From NCBI GenBank assembly GCA_964550615.1, contig CAZKAB010000007.1:7-64006 (forward strand): DNA of 64,000 nt, read 5' to 3'. This stretch comes from an uncultured Thermotogae bacterium. GTDB taxonomy: Bacteria; Bipolaricaulota; Bipolaricaulia; UBA7950; UBA9294. Both the position numbers and the translations under genes were made by a program. A model generated the notes under the pieces. That model ran no database searches. It was given only the letters and a program-made list of their open reading frames with translations, and had not been told where the DNA came from. Every line of letters begins with the position of its first letter. The first letter of the stretch is position 1. Positions 1 to 10,172 of the stretch are shown here, one piece after another.

Positions 1-66
1 TAGCTCAATTGGCAGAGCAACTGACTTGTAATCAGTAGGTTGCCAGTTCAACTCTGGCCGCTGGCT
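1..66 (+). tRNA. tRNA-Thr (anticodon UGU), 5' acceptor strand cut off by window edge
   Basis: D-arm gctc/gagc. Anticodon stem actga/tcagt with loop cttgtaa (TGT). T-arm gccag-ttcaact-ctggc. 3' acceptor cgctggc. Confidence 0.85.
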
Positions 67-83
67 CAGGTTTTCTTTGCTTT

Positions 84-165
84 GGAGGGGTACCGAAGTG
101 GCCAAACGGGGCGGACTGTAAATCCGTTGGCGACGCCTACGGGGGTTCGAATCCCTCCCCCTCCA
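84..165 (+). tRNA. tRNA-Tyr (anticodon GUA), long variable arm
   Basis: Acceptor ggagggg/cccctcc. Anticodon loop ctgtaaa (GTA). Long extra arm. T-loop ttcgaat. 82 nt. Confidence 0.9.
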
Positions 166-222
166 CTTGGCAAACCTTGGGGGTTGCGGTTAAACTCCGT
201 GCAATCACGGGGCGATCGGAAC

Positions 223-295
223 GCCCGTGTAGCTCAGTAGGTAGAGCACCCCCTTGGTAAGGGGGAGGTCATCGGTTCGAATCCGATCGCGGGCT
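223..295 (+). tRNA. tRNA-Thr (anticodon GGU)
   Basis: Acceptor gcccgtg/cgcgggc. Anticodon stem ccccc/ggggg with loop ttggtaa (GGT). T-arm atcgg-ttcgaat-ccgat. 73 nt. Confidence 0.9.
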
Positions 296-358
296 CTTGT
301 AGCGAGAGCATCCCAGTTTTCGCGACGTCACGTCAACACGTTTAAGGAGGTTTTGTGG

Positions 359-1555
<1,197 letters not shown>

Positions 1556-1565
1556 GTGATAGACA

Positions 1566-1730
1566 ATGGCTAAGAAAGGCGAGACGGTAATCGTCGCCAC
1601 ACTAGCGTGTAGCGATTGTGGTCGCAGGAATTACCATACGCGGCGAAACAAGAGAAACGTACGCGAGAAGCTGAGCCTGAACAAGTACTGTAAGTGGTGT
1701 CGACATCACACCACTCACAAGGAGGTCTAG
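1566..1730 (+). CDS. rpmG: 50S ribosomal protein L33 (zinc-ribbon C+ form)
   Basis: 54-aa ORF below the track cutoff: MAKKGETVIVATLACSDCGRRNYHTRRNKRNVREKLSLNKYCKWCRHHTTHKEV. It has two CxxC pairs and sits in the conserved tuf-rpmG-secE position. Confidence 0.9.
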   Translation: MAKKGETVIVATLACSDCGRRNYHTRRNKRNVREKLSLNKYCKWCRHHTTHKEV

Positions 1731-1747
1731 TTCGCTGGATCTCTCCT

Positions 1748-1820
1748 AGGCCCGTAGCTCAATTGGCAGAGCGTCCGACTCCAAATCGGAAGGCTGGGGG
1801 TTCGATTCCTCCCGGGCCTG
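1748..1820 (+). tRNA. tRNA-Trp (anticodon CCA)
   Basis: Acceptor aggcccg/cgggcct. Anticodon stem tccga/tcgga with loop ctccaaa. T-arm ggggg-ttcgatt-cctcc. 73 nt. Confidence 0.9.
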
Positions 1821-1851
1821 CTACGTAGTTTTTGCGAAAAAGGAGACTTGG

Positions 1852-2040
1852 ATGCTTGAGAAGATCACGAGCTTCTTGAAAGGGGTTCGTAGCGAGGTGG
1901 GTCGGGTAACCTGGCCTACACGCAACGAGGTTATCTCCCTTACAGGCCTGATTCTTGTGTTCGTCGTCATACTGACGATCTACATCTGGGGAGTGGATAC
2001 GATCGTGCAGGCTCTCCTCAGGGTCTTCATACAGATCTAA
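1852..2040 (+). CDS. secE: Preprotein translocase subunit SecE
   Basis: 62 aa with a single C-terminal TM. Motif EVGRVTWPTRNEV. Conserved position before nusG. Confidence 0.9.
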   Translation: MLEKITSFLKGVRSEVGRVTWPTRNEVISLTGLILVFVVILTIYIWGVDTIVQALLRVFIQI

Positions 2041-2047
2041 CACAATT

Positions 2048-3160
2048 ATGCAGATGAAAAAGTGGTATGCGATCCAGACGTACGCTGGCTCGGAGCTGAA
2101 GGTCAGGGATGACCTCAACGAGCGAATACGCAAGCGTGGGTTGGAAGATCGCGTTGAGGCTTTCAATGTAGACGATGAAAGAACCTTCTTCCTCGTTCCC
2201 GTGGAAGAGGTTATCACGTCACGCAGCCGCCGCGGAGCGGGAACTGAGTACCGTATTCCGTACGAGTACGACTTGGTGGCAAAGCCCAACGAACGGGTGC
2301 AACGCGGGGAGACGATAGCCCGCAAGCCCCCGCGCCACATGGATGCGGATGCACGGGTGGTGGAACTTGAATCGCTGCAGCGCGTAATCGTCGAAATGAC
2401 GAATCGTAACGAGGAAGAGTTCCTTATCCCCGGCGACAAGCGCATCCGCCGCGATATCCGCGTGGGAGAGAAGATACGAAATGGTGTTCCTCTCACGTCC
2501 GACAGCGACGAGCGATATGTGGTGACAAACAAGGGCAGAATTGTGCTCCGCGACAAGGTCCGCCGCGTCACGTTCGAATACTCGGACGAAAAGCAGAAGA
2601 CTCGAGTAATCCCTGAGAAGTACATCGGGAAGGTGCGAAAGGGGATGCAATTGGCTGAGGGAGCGTTGATCGAGATGGAAGATCAGATCAACAGCCGCGC
2701 CTCCGGGTTGCTCAAGGTGAAGGAATACAAGGACAAGCGCGTCATCACAATCCAGCGAATCGAGAAGCGGCGCTTGTTCCCCGGCTATGTATTTAGCCGC
2801 ATGGGTCTTGATATTGAAGAGATGATGGCGCTGATCGACGGTGTGCGCGGAGCCGTACGCTACGTTGGATCGCGTTTCAAGCCTGCGCCAATCGAAGGGC
2901 CGGAAATGAAGCTCATCAAGCGCAAGGTGGGGTTGTTGGAGATCCCAACCGCCGCCTCCGCCACCGCCACCGGCGAGCCAAAGATAGAAGTTGACTTCTC
3001 GGTTGGAGAGGTAGTGGAAATCGTGGAAGGCCCGTTCGCTGATTTCACCGGCGAGATAAGAGAGATCGACAAGGATTCCGAGGAAGTGACCCTGATGGTC
3101 AAGATCTTCGGCCGCGAGACTCCGGTTCGTCTTGGTTTCGATGGAATTGAGAAGCTGTAG
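2048..3160 (+). CDS. nusG: Transcription termination/antitermination factor NusG with a ~180-aa insertion in the NGN domain
   Basis: NGN start KWYAIQTYAGSE, then ...LVPVEEV, then the insertion, then RRLFPGYVFSRM. C-terminal KOW motif VGEVVEIVEGPFADFTGEI. Confidence 0.93.
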   Translation: MQMKKWYAIQTYAGSELKVRDDLNERIRKRGLEDRVEAFNVDDERTFFLVPVEEVITSRSRRGAGTEYRIPYEYDLVAKPNERVQRGETIARKPPRHMDADARVVELESLQRVIVEMTNRNEEEFLIPGDKRIRRDIRVGEKIRNGVPLTSDSDERYVVTNKGRIVLRDKVRRVTFEYSDEKQKTRVIPEKYIGKVRKGMQLAEGALIEMEDQINSRASGLLKVKEYKDKRVITIQRIEKRRLFPGYVFSRMGLDIEEMMALIDGVRGAVRYVGSRFKPAPIEGPEMKLIKRKVGLLEIPTAASATATGEPKIEVDFSVGEVVEIVEGPFADFTGEIREIDKDSEEVTLMVKIFGRETPVRLGFDGIEKL

Positions 3161-3181
3161 TGTTTAAGAGTAGGAGGTAGG

Positions 3182-3613
3182 ATGGCGAAGAATGCAATTG
3201 CGAAGATAAATCTACATATTCCGGCCGGACAGGCGACGCCGGCCCCACCGGTCGGCCCGGCGTTGGGTGAGCACAAGCTGAACATCATGGACTTCTGCAA
3301 AAAGTTCAACGAGGCGACCAAGGGAGAGACTCCGGGAGTAATAATCCCTGTCGTTATTTCGGTGTATATGGATCGCAGCTTCGACTTCATCCTCAAACAG
3401 CCGCCCGCCGCGGAGTTGATTAAGATGGCCGCGGGGATAAAATCTGGTTCTCCCGAACCGAACCGCACAAAGGTCGCCAAGATCACGACCGAGCAGGTCA
3501 AGCGAATCGCAGAGCGCAAGCTTCCCGATCTGAACACGTACAAGCTGGAAGCAGCGATCGAGATCGTCAAGGGAACCGCGCGGAACATGGGAGTTGAGGT
3601 GGTCGAGAGGTGA
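3182..3613 (+). CDS. rplK: 50S ribosomal protein L11
   Basis: [16 protein letters not shown] motif, 143 aa, conserved synteny. Confidence 0.97.
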   Translation: MAKNAIAKINLHIPAGQATPAPPVGPALGEHKLNIMDFCKKFNEATKGETPGVIIPVVISVYMDRSFDFILKQPPAAELIKMAAGIKSGSPEPNRTKVAKITTEQVKRIAERKLPDLNTYKLEAAIEIVKGTARNMGVEVVER

Positions 3614-4317
3614 AACACGGTAAGCGATATCAAGCTGCGGCGGCATTGCTTGACCCGCAGAGCACGTATGTTCTCGACGAGGCGATTGAGAAGCTGAAAG
3701 CGTCGGGCACATCCTCGTTTGACGAAACCGCGGAGGTCTCGTTGAATCTGGGGATAAAGGCCACCCAGGTCATCGTGCGCGGCACATGCAGCCTGCCGCA
3801 TGGCACCGGTCAGACTGTCCGCGTTCTCGCCTTTGCCAAAGGCGAAAGCCAGACCGAGGCTGAACAGGCCGGAGCCGACTACGTAGGCGGAGACGATCTG
3901 GCAAAGAAGATCGCAGACGGCTGGTTGGAGTTCGACAAGGTTGTTGCCACCCCTGATATGATGTCGGTGGTCGGAAAGCTCGGCAAGATTCTCGGGCCGC
4001 GCTCGCTGATGCCGAGTCCGAAGAGCGGAACCGTGACCAAAGACATTGGAAAGGTGGTCGCTGAGTTGAAGAAGGGAATGGTAGAGTTCCGTAGCGACCG
4101 GCATGGGACCATCCACTCCATCTTCGGCAAGGTTTCTTTCGACGCCGCTGCGCTCAAGGAGAACCTGATCGCCATGATCAGAAGCATCTCCGAGCGTAAA
4201 CCGGAAGAGGGCGTCAAGGGCCGCTTCATTAAGAAAGTCAGCATCTCCTCGACAATGGGGCCGGGAATCGTGCTCGATCTCGGCGAGGTGACGACGATCA
4301 CAGAGCAAGAGAACTAG
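3610..4317 (+). CDS. rplA: 50S ribosomal protein L1
   Basis: GTG start overlaps the rplK stop. [11 protein letters not shown]..., 235 aa. Confidence 0.96.
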   Translation: MKHGKRYQAAAALLDPQSTYVLDEAIEKLKASGTSSFDETAEVSLNLGIKATQVIVRGTCSLPHGTGQTVRVLAFAKGESQTEAEQAGADYVGGDDLAKKIADGWLEFDKVVATPDMMSVVGKLGKILGPRSLMPSPKSGTVTKDIGKVVAELKKGMVEFRSDRHGTIHSIFGKVSFDAAALKENLIAMIRSISERKPEEGVKGRFIKKVSISSTMGPGIVLDLGEVTTITEQEN

Positions 4318-4327
4318 GAGTTAAGAG

Positions 4328-4858
4328 ATGCCGACGCAAGCGAAGATAGATGAAGTCGCTCTCCTGAAGGACAAATTCTCCAGGGCAGCATCGTTGGTAC
4401 TCGCCAACTACCGTGGGCTCACCGCCAATGAAATGGTCGCGCTTCGCGAGAGGTTCACCAAGCAGGGGCTCGAGTACCGGGTAGTGAAAGATACGTTGGC
4501 ACGCATCGCCGCCGGCGAAGCAGGGCTTGACGAGGATTTCGCCGAGCTGCTGGCCGGGCCGATCGGTGTGGCGATCGGATACGAGGATCCGGTGCTGACG
4601 TTCAAGCTTTCCGAGGACTGCCGTAAGGAGTATCCCTCCAGATATGCAATCAAGGGAGGGCTGTTCGAGGGGACGGTTGTTCAAGAAGATGAGGTGAAGC
4701 GTTACGCAACGCTCCTCTCCCGTGAAGAGCTGCTGGCGAAACTGGCGATGCTCCTGCAAAGCCCGATGAAAGCCCTGGCAGTAATGCTCAATGGGAAGAT
4801 CCGGGAGCTGGCGATACTGCTGGGCGAAGTAAAGAAACAACGTGAACAATCAGGATAA
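4328..4858 (+). CDS. rplJ: 50S ribosomal protein L10
   Basis: YRGLTANEMVALR motif, 176 aa, conserved synteny. Confidence 0.95.
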   Translation: MPTQAKIDEVALLKDKFSRAASLVLANYRGLTANEMVALRERFTKQGLEYRVVKDTLARIAAGEAGLDEDFAELLAGPIGVAIGYEDPVLTFKLSEDCRKEYPSRYAIKGGLFEGTVVQEDEVKRYATLLSREELLAKLAMLLQSPMKALAVMLNGKIRELAILLGEVKKQREQSG

Positions 4859-4870
4859 GGAGGAGTAATA

Positions 4871-5251
4871 ATGGGTAAACAGGAGATCCTTCAAGAGATC
4901 GAGAACATGACGGTGAAGGACCTGGCCGATCTGGTAGAGATGATTGAGGAGCGATTCAACGTCTCCGCCGCAATGGCCGCCCCAGTCGCCGTTGCCGCTG
5001 CTCCCGGAGCCGGCGCCGATGGCGCAGAAGCCGCTGCAGAGGAGTACAAAGTCGTCCTCACGAACCCTGGCCAGAAGAAAATCCAGGTTATCAAGGAAGT
5101 CAAGGAGATCACCGGCAAGGGCCTCAAGGAGTGCAAAGATCTCGTCGACAAGCTTCCTGCAACAATCAAAGAGAATGTGGGCCCCGATGAGGCAGCCAGT
5201 CTCAAAGAAAAGCTCGAAGCGGCGGGAGCCGAGGTCGAACTCCAGCAGTAG
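4871..5251 (+). CDS. rplL: 50S ribosomal protein L7/L12
   Basis: Ala-rich hinge. C-terminal domain [24 protein letters not shown]. Confidence 0.97.
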   Translation: MGKQEILQEIENMTVKDLADLVEMIEERFNVSAAMAAPVAVAAAPGAGADGAEAAAEEYKVVLTNPGQKKIQVIKEVKEITGKGLKECKDLVDKLPATIKENVGPDEAASLKEKLEAAGAEVELQQ

Positions 5252-5280
5252 ATCTGAGCTTGTGTGCAGTTTTCTACGCT

Positions 5281-5320
5281 CTGCCTTAAGGCACTCGCCT
5301 TAGGGCAGAACGTTCTTTTG
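5281..5320 (+). terminator. Hairpin plus short T-run between rplL and rpoB (attenuator-like)
   Basis: 11-bp stem ctgccttaagg/ccttagggcag (one G-U pair), followed by aacgttctttt. It sits where E. coli has the partial rplL-rpoB terminator. Confidence 0.5.
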
Positions 5321-5327
5321 GAGGAGG

Positions 5328-8300
5328 ATGATGAAGCATCGAGAGCGGCGGTCCTACGGACGGATAAAGGAAACCCTCCCCCCACCGGGTCTACTACAGG
5401 ACATCAAAGATTCCTTTCGCAAGTTCATCGACGAGGGTATTGTGCGTGCCTTTGCCGATGTCTCTCCAATTGAGGGGCACGGAAAGGACGGGCTGGTTTT
5501 GGAACTCGTCGATCCGTACTTGGGAGAAGCGCGGAACACCGAGGCCGAATGCAAAGACAAAGACCTCACTTACTCGCGGCCATTGCGAGTTACCGCGCGT
5601 CTGTTTCAAGAAGGCAAGCTGAATCAAGAGACAGAGCTGTACATCGGGGATTTCCCGATGATGACCAACCGCGGCACGTTGATCATCAATGGCTCGGAAA
5701 ATGCTCTGGTCAACGAACTTACCCGCTCTCCAGGCGTGTATTTCACCCAAGAAGAGCCAACCAAGTACCGGGGGCACATCCTCCCCGAATTGGGGGCATG
5801 GCTGGAAATCCTCCTCGACACCAAACGCGGACACGTGCAGGCGAACATCGACCGCAAAGGGAAAGTGCTTGTCACCGTCCTGCTCAAGGCATTGGGTTTC
5901 GACGAGGCAGCCATCCGCTCGTACTACAGCTACGAAGTCTCGCCGGTCACTGCAGAGACATTGGCCCCGCATGTCGGGCGCCGCGCGGCACACGCCGTAC
6001 AAAACGGTGACAAGTTGCTTCTAGCAGCGGGCGAGCAGATGCAGGAAGAGCATCTGGAGACGCTGGTGGCAGCAAAACTCGAATCGATGAAGTTCGTCAA
6101 TCCGTTCATCCAAAAGACACTGGACGAGGATCAGATTACAACGCAGGAAGACGCCTTGCGCGCAGTGTACCATCGCCTTCGGCCTTCCGATCGCGCGTCG
6201 TCGGCGCAGATGGGGGAGTACCTGGAGAACCTGTACTTCCACCCGTCGAGCTATCACTTGTCAGCGGTGGGCCGGTTTAAGGTGAATCGCAAGCTCGGAC
6301 TGGAACTGAAACAGAAGGCTCTCTACGTTGCGGATATCGTGCGCACGATCGAATACCTTCTGCGCGTTCCAGGCAATGCTGTCCTTATCGATGAAAAAGA
6401 CCACTTGGCGAACAAGCGGGTGAAGCTTCCGGGCGAATTGGCGGAAAACGCCCTCCGTACCGGGCTAGTTAGGATGGCTCGCATCGCACGCGATAAGCTA
6501 TCGAAGTACGCACTCGATGAGAAAGATACGATCCGCCGCATAATCTCCACCCGCACTGTACAGGGAGCGATAAATCAGCTGTTCTATACCGGCCGTTTCT
6601 CCCAGTTTCTCGAGCAGACAAACCCGCTTACCGAGCTTACGCACAAGCGCCGTCTGAGCGCGCTCGGTGGAGGGTTAACAAAGCGTCGCGCCAAGATTGA
6701 GGTTCGCGACGTTCATTCTTCGCACTACTCACGCATCTGCCCAATCGAAACGCCGGAAGGTCAAAACATCGGCCTGATCACATCGCTCGCCTGCTATGCA
6801 AAGGTGAACGAACACGGGTTCCTCGTTGCCCCTTATTACAGGGTCGAAAAAGGGAAAGTCTCCAGCGAAGTAGTGTACCTGATGGCCGACGAAGAAGAAC
6901 GCTACAAGATCGCACCGGCAACCACGCCTATCAGCAAGACAGGCAAACTCCTTGGCGAACGGATTGAGGTGCGTACCGGTCATGAGGACGTCTATCTCGT
7001 TCCGCCGGAAGAGGTCGATTTCGTCGGTACGTCGCCAAAGGCGCTCGTCGGTGTTTCATCGGCGCTGATTCCGTTTCTGGAGCATGATGACTCGAACCGC
7101 GCATTGATGGGTGCAAACATGCAGCGCCAATCAGTACCACTGTTGCGACCGGAGGCGCCATTCGTGGGTACGGGCCTCGAGCGTCAGGCAGCGATGGACT
7201 CGGGGATGCTTCTTCTCGCCGAGGAAGATGGCGTGGTTAAGGAAGTCGACGCCCGCCATATCGTTGTGCAGAAGGCACGCAAGAAGCTGGAATATCCGCT
7301 AATGAACTTCGAGCGCTCCAACCAAGATACCGTTCTCTATCACCGTCCGGTGGTGAATGCCGGCGATAAGGTAAAGGCGGGGGATCTTCTCGCCGACGGA
7401 CCGTCGAGCGATCAAGGCGAGCTCGCCCTCGGACGAAACCTGCTCGTAGGCGTTCTCCCATTCGAAGGATACAACTACGAGGACGCGATCGTTATCAGCG
7501 AACGCATCGTGCGCGAGGATCTGCTCGACTCATTGCACATCGAAGAGTTCGAGGTGAAGGCGGAGGAGACAAAACTCGGCCCGGAAGAGATCACGGCCGA
7601 CATCCCCAATATCTCGAAGGAAGATCTGAAGAATCTTGACGAAAACGGAATCGTGCGCGTGGGGACTGTTGTGCGCACCGGCGACATTCTCGTCGGCAAG
7701 ATTACACCCAAGGGCGAATCAGAGCCGACGCCGGAGGAGAAGATTTTCCGTTCCATCTTCGGTGAGCGTGCGCGCAACGTAAAGAACACGTCCTTGCGGA
7801 TGGTACCGGTATCCGGCACAGCAAAGGTTATCAAGGTGAAGCAGTTCTCCCGCGACCAAGGAGACGAACTGGACGCCGGGGTAAATGAGCTCGTCAAGGT
7901 GTTCGTAGCGCAGCGGAAAAAGATCTCAGTGGGAGACAAGCTGGCTGGCCGTCACGGAAACAAGGGCGTCATATCTACGATCCGCCCGGTGGAGGACATG
8001 CCGTTCCTCCCCGATGGCACACCGCTCGACGTCGTCCTCAACCCGATGGGAGTTCCGTCGCGCATGAACTTGGGACAGGTTCTAGAGGCAAACCTGGGCT
8101 GGCTGGCGCAGCTGAAGGGGGAGCTGGTCGCAACGCCGATCTTCGACGGCGCCAAAGAAGACGAGATCTTGGAAGAGCTGCACGACGTTCGCGTAAAGAT
8201 CGGATTGGACGAGGGCGACAACTACGACGGCAAGGTCGTTCTTCGCGATGGCCGCACCGGTAAGCCGTTCGCTCGCCCGGTCACTGTCGGGTCGATGTAC

Positions 8301-8660
8301 ATTCTCAAGCTCGAACACATAGCTGATGAGAAAATCCATGCTCGCTCGACCGGCCCGTATGCGCTGATCACACAGCAACCGCTCGGCGGGAAAGCGCAGT
8401 TCGGCGGGCAGAGACTGGGAGAGATGGAGGTGTGGGCGTTGGAAGCATACGGTGCATCCGCTCTGTTACAGGAGATGCTCACCCTGAAGTCCGACGACAC
8501 ACGCGGGCGCATCCAGCTCTACAAGGCGATACTCAAAGGTGAGGAATACCCGGAACCGGGCCTGCCGGAATCTTTCCGCGTCCTGGTGCGCGAGCTCCGC
8601 AGCCTCGGCCTCAATCCACGCATGTTCGATAAGAATGACCGAGAACTCGACATCAGCTGA
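5328..8660 (+). CDS. rpoB: DNA-directed RNA polymerase subunit beta
   Basis: 1110 aa. Motifs GDKLAGRHGNKGV, NPMGVPSRMNLGQ and RSTGPYALITQQPLGGKAQFGGQRLGEMEVWALEAYGA. GGAGGAGG SD; the second ATG at 5331 is an equally good start. Confidence 0.98.
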   Translation: MMKHRERRSYGRIKETLPPPGLLQDIKDSFRKFIDEGIVRAFADVSPIEGHGKDGLVLELVDPYLGEARNTEAECKDKDLTYSRPLRVTARLFQEGKLNQETELYIGDFPMMTNRGTLIINGSENALVNELTRSPGVYFTQEEPTKYRGHILPELGAWLEILLDTKRGHVQANIDRKGKVLVTVLLKALGFDEAAIRSYYSYEVSPVTAETLAPHVGRRAAHAVQNGDKLLLAAGEQMQEEHLETLVAAKLESMKFVNPFIQKTLDEDQITTQEDALRAVYHRLRPSDRASSAQMGEYLENLYFHPSSYHLSAVGRFKVNRKLGLELKQKALYVADIVRTIEYLLRVPGNAVLIDEKDHLANKRVKLPGELAENALRTGLVRMARIARDKLSKYALDEKDTIRRIISTRTVQGAINQLFYTGRFSQFLEQTNPLTELTHKRRLSALGGGLTKRRAKIEVRDVHSSHYSRICPIETPEGQNIGLITSLACYAKVNEHGFLVAPYYRVEKGKVSSEVVYLMADEEERYKIAPATTPISKTGKLLGERIEVRTGHEDVYLVPPEEVDFVGTSPKALVGVSSALIPFLEHDDSNRALMGANMQRQSVPLLRPEAPFVGTGLERQAAMDSGMLLLAEEDGVVKEVDARHIVVQKARKKLEYPLMNFERSNQDTVLYHRPVVNAGDKVKAGDLLADGPSSDQGELALGRNLLVGVLPFEGYNYEDAIVISERIVREDLLDSLHIEEFEVKAEETKLGPEEITADIPNISKEDLKNLDENGIVRVGTVVRTGDILVGKITPKGESEPTPEEKIFRSIFGERARNVKNTSLRMVPVSGTAKVIKVKQFSRDQGDELDAGVNELVKVFVAQRKKISVGDKLAGRHGNKGVISTIRPVEDMPFLPDGTPLDVVLNPMGVPSRMNLGQVLEANLGWLAQLKGELVATPIFDGAKEDEILEELHDVRVKIGLDEGDNYDGKVVLRDGRTGKPFARPVTVGSMYILKLEHIADEKIHARSTGPYALITQQPLGGKAQFGGQRLGEMEVWALEAYGASALLQEMLTLKSDDTRGRIQLYKAILKGEEYPEPGLPESFRVLVRELRSLGLNPRMFDKNDRELDIS

Positions 8661-9138
8661 CGAGGGCCCTGCTTGTCAGGGCCCTTCCGCACAAGAGACC
8701 GTTCAACAGGCATCCGCTGAACGATCGGCGGGATTCGTGCTATATTCGGAAAGCGAACGAGGAAGGCACTATCTCCTCCTGCGACACCGTTATGGGGGGC
8801 ACTGGGGAGCGCCCAAGGGGCACATCGAGGCGGGCGAGAGCGAAACGCAGGCCGCCTTGCGTGAGACGCGTGAGGAGACGGGATTCCAGAACATCGAGCC
8901 GATTCGCGGCTTCCGCGCTGTGAGCCGCTATTACTTCACGCGAAACCACCGTACGGTGTTCAAAGAAGCGGTCTATTTCCTCGGCCGTGTCGCTCTCGCC
9001 GACCCAGCATTGTCCCGTGAGCACACGGATGCCAAGTGGCTTGCGTACAACGAAGCGCTCGCAACTATCTCATATGACGACACGCGCGATATCCTTACCC
9101 GCGCGGAGGCATGGTTGAATAATGGATCAGCTGAATGA
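8635..9138 (+). CDS. Nudix hydrolase (Ap4A-hydrolase-like)
   Basis: Nudix box GHIEAGESETQAALRETREETGF. The start is uncertain. ATG 8635 overlaps the rpoB end and the hairpin; the in-frame GTG at 8737 is the only other candidate. Confidence 0.8.
   Translation: MTENSTSADEGPACQGPSAQETVQQASAERSAGFVLYSESERGRHYLLLRHRYGGHWGAPKGHIEAGESETQAALRETREETGFQNIEPIRGFRAVSRYYFTRNHRTVFKEAVYFLGRVALADPALSREHTDAKWLAYNEALATISYDDTRDILTRAEAWLNNGSAE
8663..8685 (+). terminator. GC-rich hairpin just after the rpoB stop (no U-tract)
   Basis: agggccctg-cttgt-cagggccct, a 9-bp perfect stem. It is followed by tccgcac, so it is not a canonical intrinsic terminator. Confidence 0.4.
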
Positions 9139-9493
9139 AGATACGAATCGAGTAGAAGAATTCCTTCGGCGCCGAGCATCGGAGAACGAGCGCCTACTTG
9201 CGCAGGCGAATCTTCCTATCAAGCGTTTCTTCGCATTGGATGCAGACGTATACTCCGACGGCGCGTTGACGAGGAAGCAGAAGGAACTTATCGGACTCAC
9301 CGCTTCGGCCGTACTCAGATGTGATGATTGCATCACGTATCACCTCGTTCGCGCGCGCGAGCATGAAGCAACTGATGACGAGATCAAAGAGGCGCTCGCC
9401 ATCGCTCTCATCGTGGGCGGATCGATCACCATACCACATCTACGAAGAGCTTTCGCTCTTCTGGATCAGCCGGACATTACCCCACAGGGATAA
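9122..9493 (+). CDS. Carboxymuconolactone decarboxylase / AhpD-like family protein
   Basis: AhpD-core CxxCxxxH motif (RCDDCITYH). 123 aa. 17-nt overlap with the Nudix gene. Confidence 0.8.
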   Translation: MDQLNEDTNRVEEFLRRRASENERLLAQANLPIKRFFALDADVYSDGALTRKQKELIGLTASAVLRCDDCITYHLVRAREHEATDDEIKEALAIALIVGGSITIPHLRRAFALLDQPDITPQG

Positions 9494-9830
9494 CCGATAC
9501 GGTGGGTCCTTGGGATGATGTCTTGAGACACAGCCTGTGGCATTCTTGCGCTCCTCCCTGGTCCGCTTGCTACGTTCCTACCTGTGCCTGCTAGCATGCA
9601 GGGCCAATACCGCTGAGAAGTGACTTTTGCTCTGGCCTCTGCCATATCAAAGCAGTTCTCTGCGCCCTGTCTGCCGGTCTTCGAGCAGACAGGCCTTTAC
9701 GAGATGATGTTCTTGATTTTGCTCTCTTTACTGTTCACGCATCACCCATCACTGTTTTCTGTCTCTGCGAGACACATAGACATTTCTTTCTCCTGCTCAA
9801 GCATCAATGGCTCTCCTAAATGAAAGGCCT

Positions 9831-10172
9831 TTCACCACGAAGGACGCAAAGAGCACGAAGGGAGGGAAGCACTGGGGAGTGACGCCGCTTCTTACGATGC
9901 GTGTTGGAACGTGTCACCCCTGTCGCTGCACGCGATACTCAGGTGGGTCTAGAGCCAGTGGAATCCTGTAACGTTGGGACCTGTCCGCCAGGACAGGCGT
10001 GTGCCCAACGTTGGCCGGGAGCATGCCCGGAGGGCATCCATTTCGCCGACGCACCATTTTGACATAGCGCGCCTGTTCGTCTCGTGACACCCATCCAAAT
10101 ACACAACTAATCGGCAGAGCTGATAGTCAACCAGATGCCACTCTTCGTGGCCTTCGTGCTCTTCGTGGTGAA
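9831..10172. repeat. Inverted repeat built from three 9-nt periodic units on each arm, enclosing ~290 nt rich in hairpins
   Basis: Left arm: ttcaccacgaag-gacgcaaag-agcacgaagg. Right arm: ccttcgtgct-cttcgtggtgaa. The 12-nt termini are exact reverse complements, and a second 10-nt block also pairs. Confidence 0.6.

Noticed and set aside
166-222. Possible fourth tRNA (Gly), as in the E. coli thrU-tyrU-glyT-thrT-tufB cluster
   Set aside because: The spacer is only 57 nt and has no acceptor or T-arm pairing.
40-240. 66-aa ORF in the track
   Set aside because: It lies entirely across tRNA-Thr, tRNA-Tyr and their spacers. The tRNA cloverleaves explain the sequence.
254-358. N-terminal extension of the tuf ORF (track start at 254)
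   Set aside because: The extension reads through tRNA-Thr(GGU). The canonical MAKEQ start at 359 has an AAGGAGG SD.
2860-4308. 482-aa minus-strand ORF
   Set aside because: It is antisense to nusG, rplK and rplA, which have unmistakable conserved products. Its translation is low-complexity and typical of a GC-rich shadow frame. The same applies to 1759-2625(-), 1001-1600(-) and 4298-4849(-).
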